Shown here: positions 25,281 through 44,724 of the stretch, piece after piece
How the letters are laid out: every line of letters begins with the position of its first letter
Position numbering within the stretch: the stretch's first letter is position 1
DNA from: Heptranchias perlo
Taxonomy: Eukaryota
Assembly (NCBI RefSeq): GCF_035084215.1
Contig: NC_090355.1
Coordinates: 21,638,001 to 21,702,000, forward strand
Length of the DNA stretch: 64,000 nucleotides
Direction: 5' to 3'
Program-made: the position numbers and the translations under genes
The notes under the pieces: generated by a model
The model's input: the letters and a program-made list of their open reading frames with translations, nothing else
Told to the model about the DNA's origin: nothing
The model's database searches: none

Positions 25281-26499
25281 GTATACGTTTTTCTTTTATA
25301 TTTTATCTTTTTAAAATTTATTTTAATTCATTCCCTCCACACTCCTACCTATCCCACTCCTGGTCCCTGCTCACCAGCTCTACACTGCCCTACTTTTGTT
25401 CCGGTACTGGAAAACTTTGTTTTTAAAAACTGACTCATGCTTGAAAGCTGTGGTCTTCTCCGTGGTCCAGTACTGTTACCCCTATTAACTGGCAGCTTTA
25501 GCCACAAAAGTAGCCACTTCCTTTAAAACATTATGAACAATTCATAATGGCAGTTGTGCTAATACTGGCAAAATGGTGAAGAATGGTACCAGGGAACTGC
25601 AGGATGCACAACAGAAATGGGAGTTTTGGCACAAAGCCCAAAGCCCAAAGCCAAATGGGTAAACAACCTGAGGCAAGAAGGGAAAAGATACGGAATAAAA
25701 TGGAGGGAAATGAAAGTGCAGTTTTCAGAACAGGATTCTAGAGGAGGAAAGAAAATAGGGTGGTGGGCATTTTAGATTACACTGGCGTGTAGGGGGATAA
25801 AGGATGAGGAAGTTGTAAGGATAGCTCCAGGGAATGGGGCTATTTGGCTAAGATAATAGTGGCTCAGAGGGAAGGGGTAAGGGAATGACAGATGGGCAGG
25901 GTGGGGAGGTGATAATGGGGAGGTTAACAAGATACATAATAGGGAGGCGAGGGAACATGGAATGGGAGCAAGGATCAAGTCATCAGATAGAAGAAATAGA
26001 AGGAAACCAGTCAATGGCGGGTGAGAGGAAGGGATTGTTGCTCAAGGACAAGGCAGCAGAGGGATTAGTATGAGAAGCGACAGGACAGTGATGGGTTATG
26101 GAAGATATAACATCTCAGGACGTAGTGCAAAAGAGGGTGGAATGGCAAAGGGACTGGTAGAAATATGCAAGCTGATCAGAACAACGGGTAGGGAATGCAA
26201 CAGAGACAATGAAGAGATGGGACAAATAATGGGAGACACCAAAGCCTACAAGTGATTTATTTCCCCAAAGCCACCACTGAAAAATGCAGTTCCGTTACTT
26301 ACCAAAAGGAAAGGGAAAAAGAGCAGACAGGGAAGGAAGAGAAACAGGGGCGTACAGAAAAGACACAGAAGCAGAACACAAAAGCAAAAACAGGCAAGAG
26401 AAATGGTGCCCTAATTTACCACAAGCAAACACCTTAAGTTTCAGTGGAATCATTTGTTTAAAAAAAGCATAGAAATACATGTGGAAGTTACAATCAGGC

Positions 26500-27420
26500 C
26501 ATTTGCTTTGACCAACCTGTGTCAGTGTTAACCTTGCATGCAAGCAAATAGTTCATGGAGGGCCCTCCATCTCTTCTCGCCTGTGCTGAATTTAGGCAGC
26601 TCTCAAGGTGAATTTTACAGTGCCATCTTCCTGCTTTGTTCAAATACCCCTTTCATATCCAAGCAATGATGCAGTATCTTTTTTCATTGTAGTAATTCAT
26701 TTGGCAACCACTTGGGGAAAAGCATTCCACATAGAAATTAGTTCATGCAGAAAAGTATCATTGAAACTCCCCCCTTACATATCCTGTTTGTTTTGAGATC
26801 ACTGCTTCCCACCTTTGATTGATCTCGATTGCCATTTTGAAAATTTCACATACCTCATCCAGTCTTCAAAACAAGAACACAGCCCTCGTTGCTCTCCCCC
26901 TTCCTCGTATCTCCCACTTGTCATCCCTAGTAAATCTGCACTGCACTTTTTCCAGGCTCTATGGCAAGGAGCCCAAAACTGGACACAATATTTCAGATGT
27001 TGCTTATCCATGACAATCTACTTGTATGCTCAATCCCTCTCCATATTATCCCCAAAATCCCATTTGCTTTTTTAATTACTTTTTTTTTTAAAAAAGCCTA
27101 TCCAGATTTATGCATCTGCAAACTTGGATCCTATTGCTCCCTCACTGCATTAAGAAATTTACCATTTAACGGTATTTTCACATTGCCAAAATGTATAACC
27201 ATTTTTATATTAAATGCATCTGCTCGTTATCTGCCCGTTTTCCTAGCCTCTTTATATTCCTCCATTCTTCCTGACCGTTTAATACCTAATTTGAAAGCAT
27301 ATATTTTGACATCCACCTATCGATGACAAAGTCCAGATAGCTATATTTAATAATAGACAGAATAACAGCTGTCCCATCACTAATCCCTCAGGCGCTCTAC
27401 AACCCTGCCAGTCGGAGAAA
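26500..27420 (-). mobile_element. Old CR1 RT/3' fragment
   Basis: [10 protein letters not shown] and a decayed PQGSVLGP-like motif (PEGLVMGQLLF). Confidence 0.65.
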
Positions 27421-28760
27421 TATTTCAACCATCTCTCTTCTCTTCCCCCGCCCCGCCCCCCCCACACACACACACACACTTTTTCCCTTTGATGCCCTAG
27501 ATTTTTTCAACCACTTTCTGAAAGTGGCACATCATTAAATGCTTTTTTGGAATTGCATCTACTGCACCCTCTATCTACTTTGCCATTCCTTCCAAAAAAA
27601 AACTATACTCCAAGCACTTTTCAATCATCAGTCTGAAAATCTGGTCACCACATTCATATCCTTTTCTAAAATCAACCAACTCTGCCACAACCTAACCAAG
27701 TGTCCTTGCATCCCACTCAAAAATTCTTCTGCAAATACATTGATGCATCAATCCTTCCTTTACCCAAGGGTTTTCAGCAAATGCGAACATTTGAGGAAAG
27801 CTCTATGGATGCCAGACGCACATAAACCTTCCTCGCAAAGCATCAGCCTGCCAATTTAATTCAGGTAGTGGATGTGTTGAGCTCTCAGCCTGCACAAACA
27901 GACCAGCAATATGCTTCTAACATAACTGGGCAGGATGGATCTTCCCTTACATTAATGCCAAGGCAGAGCAATTGTCTAACAGCAGTTAGATTCTGATTGC
28001 GGTAAATCACAATCTGAGTGGAACGGGCTGCCAGTTTAATTTTAAAATGAGTTACACAAGCCATGTGCTGAAAATCACAGATTTAGTTTGAGCCAAAACA
28101 GATGTGCAACACAACCAACATTTTTTTTTTTGGTTTTGCTCAACCCATTACTAAGTTTAAGCAATGTGTTTATATGGATTTATAAGGGCAAACAATCTGC
28201 AGTAAAGGTTACTGGCAGTACTTCACTCTGCCTAGTTGCCATGGAACTCAACTCCAGTGATGTTGCATGGATTGTAGAGTTCATCAAATTGGCTCTTTCC
28301 AACTTGATTTATAATTGGACTCTTGCCAGTTTTAGTGTCAATGATACTTCACTGTGCATGCACCAGCCATCAGCATCCAATACACTTTCTTGCCTGGCAG
28401 TATCCAAACCAGATATGTCTTTAATGTCACTTCATTTTACAAGGCACTATCAAACTAAAAATACCACGTAAGCCATTTTCTAAAAAGCCAAGAGTTTATT
28501 TAATTGGTAATTTGCTTAGATTCTTTAGAGAATGTATAAGTTTGTGGGAACATACAATGATGCCTGTCCACAAACCCTCCCAGAAATGAACTACTATAAA
28601 AAGAGCTCACTCAAATCCACAGGTTTTGACAGAGGGTGCAAGATAATCACACCACTCCTTACATCCCCTCCAATTTGTTCTGACTCTCGTGTTATTGAGA
28701 AAATGTACAAAGCCTGAACCTGACAATAAAACAAATCAAAAATGAAAGGTTTTTCTTAAA

Positions 28761-28766
28761 TTTAAT
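28761..28766 (-). terminator. RPL35 poly(A) signal ATTAAA
   Basis: About 20 nt after the stop codon, followed on the minus strand by T/GT-rich sequence. Confidence 0.7.
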
Positions 28767-28785
28767 AACTTCTGTGGGAGAACAT

Positions 28786-36155
<7,370 letters not shown>

Positions 36156-36158
<3 letters not shown>

Positions 36159-36186
36159 TTTCTTGGGGCAAGCACAGGAAAGGGAG
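36156..36186 (-). promoter_or_regulatory. RPL35: RPL35 exon 1: 5'TOP/TCT-type pyrimidine start site (CTCCCTTTCCT), short 5'UTR and ATG followed by the splice donor
   Basis: Minus strand reads CTCCCTTTCCTGTGCTTGCCCCAAGAAA ATG|GTAGG, the typical layout of a vertebrate ribosomal-protein first exon. Confidence 0.85.
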
Positions 36187-36644
36187 CAACTGGGGGCGGG
36201 CTCAGCATTACCACGTGACCGGCTCTACCACCTGCACTTTATGGAGGGGGGAAGAGGGTAGAAGAGATGATCACTAATTTAAACATTTAAGTTTAAACAC
36301 CTATCAATAGCTTTTTTGAAAGATATTAGTATAATATCTTTCAGATCGTATGGTTCGAATTAAGACAGCGAAATACATACTTTTGTATTTTTTTAAAAAA
36401 AATTGCCTCCTCTCTCAGATGGTGTATTCCAAAGGTTGTTTCCGGTTCCGGGGCGAGTTTCCAGCAGGCCCAGGTTCGAGTGGAGGCAGCGAGATTGTTG
36501 GGGGGGATCGGGAAGGAGGCGATATTTTAATGCAGCCTCCGGTTAAATAGAGAGCGGGGATTCGAAGGAGAGCGATTTTTTTTTAAAAGGGAAAAAAAAT
36601 AATAATAATCCTTGGTAACACTTGATTCAATAATAAACAGGCAA

Positions 36645-36784
36645 ATGGCGAGAAACACGCTCTCCAACAGGTTCCGGAAAGTCGACATTGACGAGTACGA
36701 CGAGAACAAGTTTGTGGACGAGCAGGAGGAGGCGGCGGAGCAGCAGGGTCCCGACTCGGTGGAAGTTGACAGTCTAATCAGGCA
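36645..36784 (+). CDS. ARPC5L: ARPC5L coding exon 1
   Basis: ATG at 36645; ends at the U12 donor ATATCCTTT. Confidence 0.93.
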
Positions 36785-39700
36785 ATATCCTTTGGAAACC
36801 GGCTTCCCTCGCTCCCTCCCTCCCTCGGGGCCTCTAACCGAGCGGGCGAGAGGCGCTCTCACCTGCGGCGTGGGTGGCGGGCGGGGGCAAAGAGAAGAGA
36901 GCGGCACACCCATCCACACAGACAGACAGGGAGGCGGCGAGCGGAGGAGCAGAAAGGTGACAAGCTCTCCACCACTCCCCCACTCCCACCACAAGATATG
37001 CCGTGACACCCAGAGCCGCATCCGCTACCCCCAACTCTCTGATTCGGAACCGTTCCCGGTTACAAACCGCAGCCTAGATCCCGAGTATTAACGGCGGGCT
37101 GGGGGGCTGTGCTTCGGCGGTCCCGCGATTTAAATTGGTCGCACTAAATACTTAAAAGGATTTTTTTTTTTTGCTTGCTGTTTGTCGAGATGTCGCTTCA
37201 TTGACCACTTTTTATGAATCTGTTAATAGTCTCCCAGTCTGTTGCTCATACATACGATTTCATTGCATCTTATGCAAAAACTAGTCACTGTGGATACTTG
37301 TTCGAAGACCTTTTTATCTAAGGTTTCGGCTAAGTTGGAGACTAGGGAGTCAGTGTTCAGTCATGACGTTGAAAAGACAACCAGATCATGATGCACTCTT
37401 CATATGGATACACTTGATTAACCCCTTGTATTTTGTCTCCATAAAATAAGGGCGAGTTCACGATGCTTGCCATTATTAGTTAGTAAAAAAATCCAGCAAC
37501 TTGTGACGAAGAGGAGACACGCCATGAGTTCCAATTCTCCACAAATCGCCGGGAGCTTCCCTAATGAAGTTCATTGTGTGTCATGAAATTGCTGAATTTA
37601 CGCCGCTAATACGAATTAATTTTGCCGCATCCATTTAGGGCTGGTAATTCATGTCGTAAGGACCCTGTTAATGACGTGATTTATGGCCCTGACGTGCCAC
37701 TCAACCTTGGTGGCCCAGAAAGGGAACAATAAAATTGTAGAGTTTCATTTCGGCAAGTAGCAAATTGTTCCTCGAGGTATTTTTAAAAAAAATCTTACTT
37801 TTCCTTTTTCCCCTCGATCCACATTCTATCTCTAATTTACCCTATTTCCTTGTCTGCTGTTCACTCTGTTTATTTCTCTATCACTTTGTTTAATTGGTTA
37901 AGGAGATAGACCATTGGCCATGACATTCATGACGTCCCAGATGAGACGTTGACATTGCACCAGTAACAATTTGCAGTGCAAATATAGTGCGATCTGAAGG
38001 GTGAGGTAAAAATTCTGTTCAGGTCGCTTGCCGTGCCATTCCAGCAATTTCTGGGCCAATGTATCTGGATTTGCTGTTATATAACACCTGCAAAGGTATG
38101 CTTCCTCTCCCTTGTATCCATTTCCACTTTCCTCCCTAAAACTTGTTAAAGCTGGTAACGTGCACTAATTCGTGCAATGTTTCTTAATTGAACAAAAATA
38201 CTTTTGTAGGTGGAAAATTGTATTGTAGCCATGAAGGATTAGTAATCATCTTTTGGTTGTCAATTTTTCCAGAGATCTTGTCCTGTTCTATATAACTGGC
38301 ATAGATTTGTATCGAGTCATTCGAGTTTAGTAATTATTGGTAACAAATTGGGAATTGAAGATTTGCATATATTGGTATTTATTTGAATTTTTAAAATCCT
38401 AATGGTATTGTAATTTCTAATTCCTAGAACTGTTCAGTTATATGGTGCTTGGTTTTGACTTTCCTTGTGGTGTAAAAGGATGAGTGAAATACAGTATCAG
38501 TCTAAAAGCTAATTGTCAGTGTATAACTGATAGCAGTCGCATCATGTCCAAAACTATGTTTGACTGTGTGTAAACCTGTAACTACAGAATACACCTTGGG
38601 TTTAAATGCTTGAAATAAAACTTAGTATTATTCCTTGACCTGTAATAATGTACAGGTGACATGCTTAGTGCGTTCCATGCAGCATTAAGGAACCCTCCAG
38701 TCAACATGAAGAATCAAGCAGTTAAGGTATTTAATTAAATTAAGCTAGTTTTTCAAATTATTTGAAATGTCTGACAAACTATGTTGAATAGAAATGTGCT
38801 CAAAAATGCAGTGGCTTGTCTCCATAAATGCATTTATATATCTTGAGTAGGGAAACAGCTGCCATTAGTTTTTTTTCCACAATAAAGCACGATAATAAGA
38901 GTGACAAATATGAGTACCATAACTAAACCATTTTAATCTGGATAAATTGTTAAAATTCATTTTTACAAATAAGCTGTCTTGATGTAACTTATGATTTTAA
39001 AAAAACAGTAGTCACCCAAGCTTGATGAACCAATAGAAAATTGTACCTATACATTTGGGGGGAAAAGTCAAACTTGGAACTTGTGCTATTTTCTCACAAT
39101 TTTGCTGATAATTCTGGTTCATCACCAGAAATCTTCATGGGGTTTGGAATGTACAAAGCTATCATAGTTTTAAGTTAAATTGATTTATAGTCATCTTAAA
39201 CCTAGTTTGTAATGGCTGCTAGTTCGCATAATTATACATATAACTGGCACTATAAAGTGTTTTGCTCAGAACACAGTGGCTGAGGTGGGAAACGGAAAAT
39301 GTTGCCCTGCTGTGATAGTGGCTTTGATCGTAGTAAATAGGTTTCAGAATAGTAGAGGCAATTTTAGGACAACTATTTTCATTCTGTACTTGAGCAAAAA
39401 CGTTTACCAGATCTCATCTATCTGCACAATGGTAAATTTCCTGCAGCTATTTGACTAAAATAATATAATGGTGTTTCTGTTTTGCTGCATTAATTTAAGG
39501 GGTAACATCACCTCGCAGTTCAGAACTTTTTTGCAAGATTTCAATTAATGGCCTTTTGATTACAAATTTAAATGATCATGGTATTCCTATTGTAATCGCC
39601 CTAATTGGTGTAAGCCCCTAATATTTGGTCTGTCGTAATCTATATAAAAAAAAAATATTGCTGGATGTGTAGCAAGCTATTTAAAACATAGACCAACAAT

Positions 39701-41131
39701 ACTACTTTCTCTATTTCTAGAACCCTCAGGGAAAATTCTTCTAAGTTTGTTGTATTGTGAAAAATTCTAGTATCCAAACATGATTGTAGTTGGTCAGCTG
39801 AAGAATGAGTGAGGACAATTGGAGGCACTATATTTAAATAATTGCCAATATGTTTCATTTTAATTTTCTGCTATTTGGTACAACAGTCACAATCTGTGAT
39901 AAACAGAATATTCAATCTTGTAACATTAGGACTAGAAATCTTCATTTTTGCATGTGCAGCTTTTTTAGCATTTGAAATGTGCAAAAAGTGTAATAAAAAC
40001 ATGTAAAACACTTTGTAACTTAACCTTTTCTTTCAATTCACAGGATCGAGCACAGGGAATAGTTCTCAAAGTCCTAACATCCTTTAAAAGTAGTGAGATA
40101 GAACAGGCTGTTAAATCATTAGATAGAAATGGTGTTGACCTTTTAATGAAGTACATTTATAAAGGTTTTGAAAAACCCACAGAAAACAGCAGTGCGATAT
40201 TACTGCAGTGGCATGAAAAGGTAACTATTTGAGTTTCTTTTTGTCTTGAATTGTTTTAAGGTTTTTGCTATAGTCTTGGTTAAGGAGAAAGGCAGGTGGG
40301 TGACCTGCTACTGTGTCTCTACCAATGATGATCTGAAACGGGCTGTTGGTCATTCAAGAATCTAGCTCTCATCTGGCCTGCTATATGTAGAAATTTGACA
40401 TGGGGATGGGTGCAGGCAAGGACTCTGGCACACTTGCAGTTTCACTATGCTATGCTGCCACTCTGATCTTCAATTAATGGATAAATGAAGCAACTTATTT
40501 TGTGTAGTTGCAATTTTCCTGGCTTGTAAAATGTATATGTAAATAGTCCATGTTTAAGTTAACAATGTTTCAGTTTTGATTTAAGTGTCAGCTTGGCTTA
40601 GTCCGTAGTCAGAAGGCTGTGGGTTTGAGTGTCACTACGAAGCACATAATCCAGACCAACACTTCAGTGCAGTACGGACAAAGCTTAAGTCTTTCACACG
40701 AGTTGTTAAAAACAAGTCTTGTCTACCTGCTGAAAGACCCCATGATGCTATTTGAAGAGGAACAGGGAGTTCTAATCTTCTGGCCAACATTCCTCCATAG
40801 AGATTATCTGATGATTCATTCACTTGCTATATTGTAGGATATTGCTGTGCACAATTTGGCTGCTGTACTTCAAAAAGTATTTCATTAGTTGTGAATCACT
40901 TTGGAACTTCCTGAGAATGTAATAAGGTGCTACATACATGCAGATTTAATGTATCAAATTAGTGAACTAGTAAATACTTATTTTGCACTGCTAAATATAA
41001 TGTAAACTTGCTGTGAATGTGTAGTTGGGGGCTTTTTTTAAAACATGTTCCTTCTCCATCCCTCACAGGCATTAGCAGTGGGTGGAGTAGGTTGCATAGT
41101 ACGAGTTCTCACTGCAAGAAAAACTGTTTGA
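36645..41131 (+). CDS. ARPC5L: Actin-related protein 2/3 complex subunit 5-like, 150 aa; join(36645..36784,38654..38726,40044..40220,41069..41131)
   Basis: [26 protein letters not shown]...[18 protein letters not shown]...[66 protein letters not shown]; intron 1 AT-AC, introns 2-3 GT-AG; syntenic position. Confidence 0.96.
36785..38653 (+). other. U12-type (minor spliceosome) AT-AC intron, ARPC5L intron 1
   Basis: 5' site ATATCCTTT at 36785-36793, branch site TTCCTTGAC at 38631-38639, 3' site TAC at 38651-38653; splicing here restores the reading frame. Confidence 0.93.
37450..38060. mobile_element. Diverged relative of the 2.9-3.7 kb MITE-like element, inside the U12 intron
   Basis: Shared blocks TTAATGAYGTG, ATTGGTTMAGGAGATA, GTCCCAGATG and the terminus CAGCAA.TT.TGGGCC. 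Confidence 0.55.
38654..38726 (+). CDS. ARPC5L: ARPC5L exon 2 ([24 protein letters not shown])
   Basis: Follows branch site TTCCTTGAC and an AC acceptor; AAG|GTATT donor. Confidence 0.93.
40044..40220 (+). CDS. ARPC5L: ARPC5L exon 3 ([11 protein letters not shown]...QWHEK)
   Basis: cacAG acceptor, AAG|GTAAC donor. Confidence 0.96.
40585..40945 (+). mobile_element. Second, more decayed copy of the same SINE (ARPC5L intron 3)
   Basis: Colinear with 22260-22650. Confidence 0.65.
41069..41131 (+). CDS. ARPC5L: ARPC5L exon 4 ([20 protein letters not shown])
   Basis: ctcacAG acceptor; TGA at 41129-41131. Confidence 0.96.
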   Translation, partial: ALAVGGVGCIVRVLTARKTV

Positions 41132-41430
41132 AAAGTTATATGACACGTTAAGCTGCTGTGGACAGAAAGCTGTTGGAAAGGATATGAGGAAGCGACAGCG
41201 AAAGGGAAATATTTGAACCCATCCTTTAAAGATTAATTCATATTAAATGAAATTATTTTGAAAAACTATGTTGGAATGCTCTTTTTATCTTAATAGGTTG
41301 TGGTGGAAAGTTTGTATTACTGTATGTTTTGGCCTAGTTTGACATGCAAGGTCTTGCACACCCTCAGTTCCCTTACCATTTGTTTTTACTTTTTTGAAAT
41401 CTTTTATGAGAAACCAAATTTTGTGTGACT

Positions 41431-41863
41431 AATAAAGACATTCACACAATGGAAAAGCAATGACATGACATTGTGCTGCTTGTGTTCTAAGCGTTGGGCA
41501 TTTTACCCAGAATTCTGTTTGTGCCACATGAAGTACTGGTGAACCATAAGACTTAAGTGTCAGTACATGCAGTATTAGAATTTGTTTTATTTCTTTGGGT
41601 CACTTTCATATTTTGAGTTTCTTTTGTACAGTTATTGGGTAGACTTAGTGTGATACATATGGCAATAGTATTAGCTAAATTACCGGGGATGAATTCATTG
41701 TAAAGTGCCTGCTGCAAAATAAAGCTCTTGGATCATCTTTAGTGGACAGCTTTTTGTTGCATTATAATACATCAAAAATTTGAAGGTTTGATTTCCAATT
41801 TGTCAGAGGGAAGCAGTAAGGCAATGCCTAGATGCAACCTAGTGCACTATAAAGTTTAATAAA
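41431..41863 (+). terminator. Candidate ARPC5L poly(A) signals (AATAAA at 41431, 41718, 41858)
   Basis: Three AATAAA hexamers within ~730 nt of the stop; which one is used cannot be seen from sequence. Confidence 0.55.
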
Positions 41864-42759
41864 TCCTGTGCTGAAGGAAATGCAGGTTTGGAGTATCAGC
41901 AGAAACCTTCATGGGGTTTGAAATGTACAAAGCTGCCACAGTTTTAAGTTAAACTGATTTATAGTAATCTTAAATCTAGTTCGTAATGACTGCTAGTTCA
42001 CATAATTATGCATATAACTGGCACTGTGAAGTATTTTACTCAGAACACAGCAGCTGAGGTGGGAAATGGAAATGTTACCCTGCTGTAGTACAATACTTTG
42101 ATCATACAAAACAGCTTTGAGTAGTAGAGGTAATTTTAGGACAACTATTTCCATTCCTTAAGCAAAAACATTTACCAGAAGCATGTTTTAATGACGTTCA
42201 GTGAGAATTTATTTATGCAGATTTTTGTTTCAGCAGTATGCAACATTGCATGCATATTGTATTTGTAGGCATGACATTGCTGTTTCAAAGATTTATTAAA
42301 ACTATGAACTGGTTGATATGTATACCAAGAAAGATTGTGAAGTCTGCACTGAGGAAGGAGGGCATCAGCCTTTACATCTTTATTCCATTGGGGTAATATC
42401 CCTCTGTTCAAGTCCTATATTCTAGCAGCTCTTTTCAGCTACCCTGTTTTCATTACAAATTGGCCATGCATTTAACCTAAAAATTCAGAAAATATTAGCA
42501 GTCTTCTATAGTAAACTTTGATTTTAAACTGGTGCTTTACAGACAGTAAACAATGCAAACCAGCTGGACTGGTTTAAAGGCCATGCACACATTGACTTAA
42601 GATAGGTGATTTTTTAAAAAATGGTAGCATTGCTTCCTCAGCACCAATGCTGTTCCTAGGTACAGTAAACAGTGGTGGCTCAGGATATCTGTTTTGAGTA
42701 TGTCAGGGTCAGATTCTCTGACTGGCCTCTTTTTAAAAATTTCTTTCTCTCTTCCCCCA

Positions 42760-42966
42760 CCGCCCCTGTTGGTAGCAGTACCATCAGCTGTCAAAGCCCT
42801 ATGCTTTGAATTCCCTGCCTTTATGCAGCTCCTTACAATCCAACTCTTTGACCACCCCTCCTCAGATCTGCTTTGGCTCGGTGTCCATTTTTGGCAGATT
42901 ACACCTCTATGAAGCGCCTTGGGTTGTCTTTCGAAAGTAAAGGTGTTGCATAAATACAAGTTGTTG
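42760..42966 (+). mobile_element. L2-like LINE 3' end
   Basis: GAAGCGCCTTGGG...AAAGGTG...ATAAATACAAGTTGTTGT tail. Confidence 0.55.
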
Positions 42967-44449
42967 TCACAGTTGAAACTTGTGCTCAGGTTTGTCAGTG
43001 TATTAACACAGCAGCTGTTGTAGGTCAATGTCTACTCCTAAAGACTACAATACACAATTCACCTCAAATGATAAACCTGCTCTGTATTTTTCTGATTAGA
43101 CAGTTCCTGAAAGAAAGTTACCCAGAACACTAATAATTAATAGAACATACCACAAAACAAAGGAAACCAGGTGGTTAGGCCTGTTTGGTTAATATATTTC
43201 CATTAAAGTTAATATAATGAAATGCTGACTGTTCCTTAATTTTCCTAAAACCATATTCTACCTGCAGCAACAATTCAAGCCAAACACCATGTTCAGTTTA
43301 ATAGCTAGTGATGGCACTTGATGTAAAATTCACTAGGTGTGCACCATAAGCATAATTTGGTAAAACCAAGTTGTTTCCCTGGGATAAGCTCACTTCATAC
43401 CATGTTTAATTTGAGAACGGTGACTAAATCTTGCATCTTTTGGTTTTTGCTTCTACATCTTCCACACTCATCGTTGCCCCGACATTACTAAACTGCTTTG
43501 GGACATCCTGAGGTCGTGAAAGGCATTATATAAATACAAGTTCTTCATGGAAAGGTAATAGCAACACCATCAATAATCTAGCCCATTAATTTCAAATTCA
43601 ACATTAAGTATGTAATTTAAAACTACACTGGTAAACATTTGCTGAAAAATATTTATACAGTTGCAAGTCTCTGGAAGTCACTCATAAGTCCAGTCTAGAT
43701 TAACTACACACTATTCCAACATTGCTGTAAACTGCTCTGTACTGTGATATTTTTCCAATTGGACACAAATGCCCAAACCCTTACTACAGCTGCCCTGTCT
43801 AAGTTCAGCTAACTCAGCGTAAACCAACCTCTTGCTGTGTTTTTCTTTACTGGTATTTTAATCTTTGATTCTCTTACACTCATTCCATTCGTCATAATTT
43901 GTTTTCAGCTTTCAGGAAGACCTGAAATATTGCATTTGTGAAAATGAATAAATATAATTAGGAATGGAATTCTCTTTCCTCTTCCCTCCCTCCTCCCCCA
44001 AAATTTTTTTCAATTTTATCTTTGTATTGTGGCAACTGACCTGGTTTCCACTTCTACTATGCAAATAGGTGACCTACTTCAAGCAAGGACGATTGCTTTT
44101 TATTAGCTTAAACTCTGAATTGTCCCGGGGAGCTCTGACCAAATTTATTACACTAAGCTGACCATTACGCTGACCCTACTGGAACTATAAACTGTGATTA
44201 GCGCTATATAGATCACATTTTGGTGTGTCAGTTTATGCAGGTTTTCCAATAGGGGTTTGAACATTTAAAAAATATGCCAGCAGCCAGAAATTCATCATCC
44301 AACTGTACACAATTATCAGGCCAAACTGAATTTTGAAAGAAAAATGACACCTAGGGAGCTGGCCAATAAAAGGTTATTTGGTTAAATTCAAGATATTATT
44401 GTAAACAATTTTACAACACCAAGTTATAGTCCAGCAATTTTATTTTAAA

Positions 44450-44488
44450 TTCACAAGCTTTCGGAGGCTACCTCCTTCGTCAGGTGAA
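44450..44488 (-). ncRNA. Minimal hammerhead ribozyme motif, second (element-sense) copy
   Basis: Reverse complement of the 45777 copy; the only difference is in the stem II loop. Confidence 0.8.
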
Positions 44489-44724
44489 CGATGTGAAAAT
44501 GAAATCCTCGAAATGAAATCGCATTTATAATTCACAGAACAATGCTTGGTGAGTACAGACAGTTTTTTCAACTGCCCGTTGCCAAGGCAATCAGTGTGCA
44601 GACAGACAGGTGTTACCTGCCAGGTCACACAGAATATACAAATCACCAAAAAAAAACAACAAACAAAAAAAAAACAGAGATAGAGAGGTAGAAACATAGA
44701 AAAGACAGCAACTGACCCGTTATA

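Larger units (their letters stand above)
39121..42179 (+). repeat. ~290-bp diverged direct repeat pair (39121-39411 and 41895-42179)
   Basis: Colinear blocks TTCATGGGGTTTG, GTTTTAAGTTAAA, CATATAACTGGCACT, GCTGAGGTGGGAAA, TTTTAGGACAACTATTT. Confidence 0.9.

Noticed and set aside
25680-26420. Purine-rich stretch with several short ORFs
   Set aside because: No recognisable domain or splice pattern; probably decayed repeat sequence.
28235-28247. RFX X-box-like GTTGCCATGGAAC
   Set aside because: Imperfect second half-site, and far from the WDR38 start.
36951-36962. Cryptic U2 donor AAG|GTGACA that could pair with the AG at 38654-38655
   Set aside because: The junction would be out of frame with exon 2; the AT-AC pair explains the gene.
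36612-37091. Single-exon 159-aa ARPC5L or retrocopy
   Set aside because: Similarity stops at the U12 donor and the remaining exons lie downstream.
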